Origin: an uncultured Methanosarcinales archaeon
GTDB lineage: Archaea; Nanobdellota; Nanobdellia; Woesearchaeales; GW2011-AR9
Length of the DNA stretch: 50,950 nt
Assembly (NCBI GenBank): GCA_964464055.1
Contig: CAYXEO010000006.1
Coordinates: 1,293-52,242 of the forward strand
Direction of reading: 5' to 3'
The position numbers and the translations under genes are program-made. Positions 50,814 to 50,950 of this stretch are shown piece by piece. How positions within the stretch are numbered: the first letter of the stretch is position 1; each line of letters starts with the position of its first letter. The notes beneath the pieces were generated by a model. That model made no database searches. It worked only from the letters and a program-made list of their open reading frames with translations, and was not told the origin of the DNA.

Positions 50814-50950
50814 AACACTTCTATTTCTATAATTAATGGTTGGCGGGATGTTAAAATAACCCCCTTTTGAACTAATCTCCAACAATCCTCTCTTAGTGCT
50901 TTTCTCTAGGCAACTATCTATCAACTCTTTTACTTGTCCCGCTTCTGGTA
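50814..50950 (-). pseudogene. Upstream in-frame segment of the same gene, running off the window
   Basis: 45 sense codons (PEAGQVKELIDSCLEKSTKRGLLEISSKGGYFNIPPTINYRNRSV) lie in the same frame as 49245-50540. They are separated from it only by TAG (50811-50813) and 90 sense codons. The segment resembles the N-terminal domain of the 984-aa protein (AMRIFVEDCLYDHLEEALITIGKQGRIW). Confidence 0.45.

Noticed and set aside
1-50950. Stop-codon reassignment as an explanation for the four in-frame stops (TAA 10046, TAA 32035, TAA 40271, TAG 50811)
   Set aside because: TAA, TAG and TGA each terminate well-conserved genes at the expected length (tbp and rnp3 TAA; radA and ppsA TAG; mcm TGA). Pseudogenisation or consensus error is more economical.
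1-50950. tRNA, rRNA and other standard RNA genes in the spacers (1329-1537, 5531-5780, 6387-6598, 43415-43603, 43937-44072)
   Set aside because: No acceptor/T-arm pattern (GTTCRAnnC with a matching stem) or GC-rich block was found by eye. A tRNAscan/Infernal run is needed for certainty.

Overview
This is a visibly AT-rich archaeal window, roughly one-third G+C by eye (not computed). The gene content and small protein sizes fit a small-genome DPANN-like archaeon, which is an inference. The content includes MCM with an intein, TBP, RPA, RadA, RNase P Rpp30 and PEP synthase, with TATA boxes about 27-34 nt upstream of several ATGs.

Left flank (1-12.4 kb): an AT-rich spacer, a SpoIIM-like membrane protein, and an OB/winged-helix RPA32-like gene in an operon with mcm, which is split in its P-loop by a LAGLIDADG intein. 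Then come tbp, a ThiI-like THUMP protein lacking the PP-loop, a TtuA/NcsA-type PP-loop ATPase and a wHTH-nucleotidyltransferase. Next is rnp3 (Rpp30), followed by a decayed MNT/HEPN toxin-antitoxin cassette bracketed by a duplicated rnp3 3' end. The flank ends with a small Cys-rich ORF and an Lnt-like N-acyltransferase.

Centre (12.46-38.83 kb): this is the main signal, 21 consecutive + strand genes. Five giant or large Cys-rich acidic secreted proteins (721, 1092, 984, 380 and 2161 aa) come first. Sixteen small to medium ORFs follow, and 15 of them start with K-[KR]-[GA] plus a hydrophobic helix, the layout of a class III / type IV pilin-like signal. No pilus ATPase, platform protein or prepilin peptidase is present in the window.

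Right flank: rpa, a nonsense-interrupted small gene, a DUF457 hydrolase, a GC-richer spacer with a long inverted repeat, and a PC4-like gene with radA. Then come an ORF6N gene, a TRAM gene and ppsA. A second, convergent surface-protein operon on the minus strand has its first gene interrupted by an in-frame TAG and running off the window.

No rRNA, tRNA, CRISPR array, transposase, integrase or reverse transcriptase was recognised. All family names come from motif recognition by eye, not from database searches.
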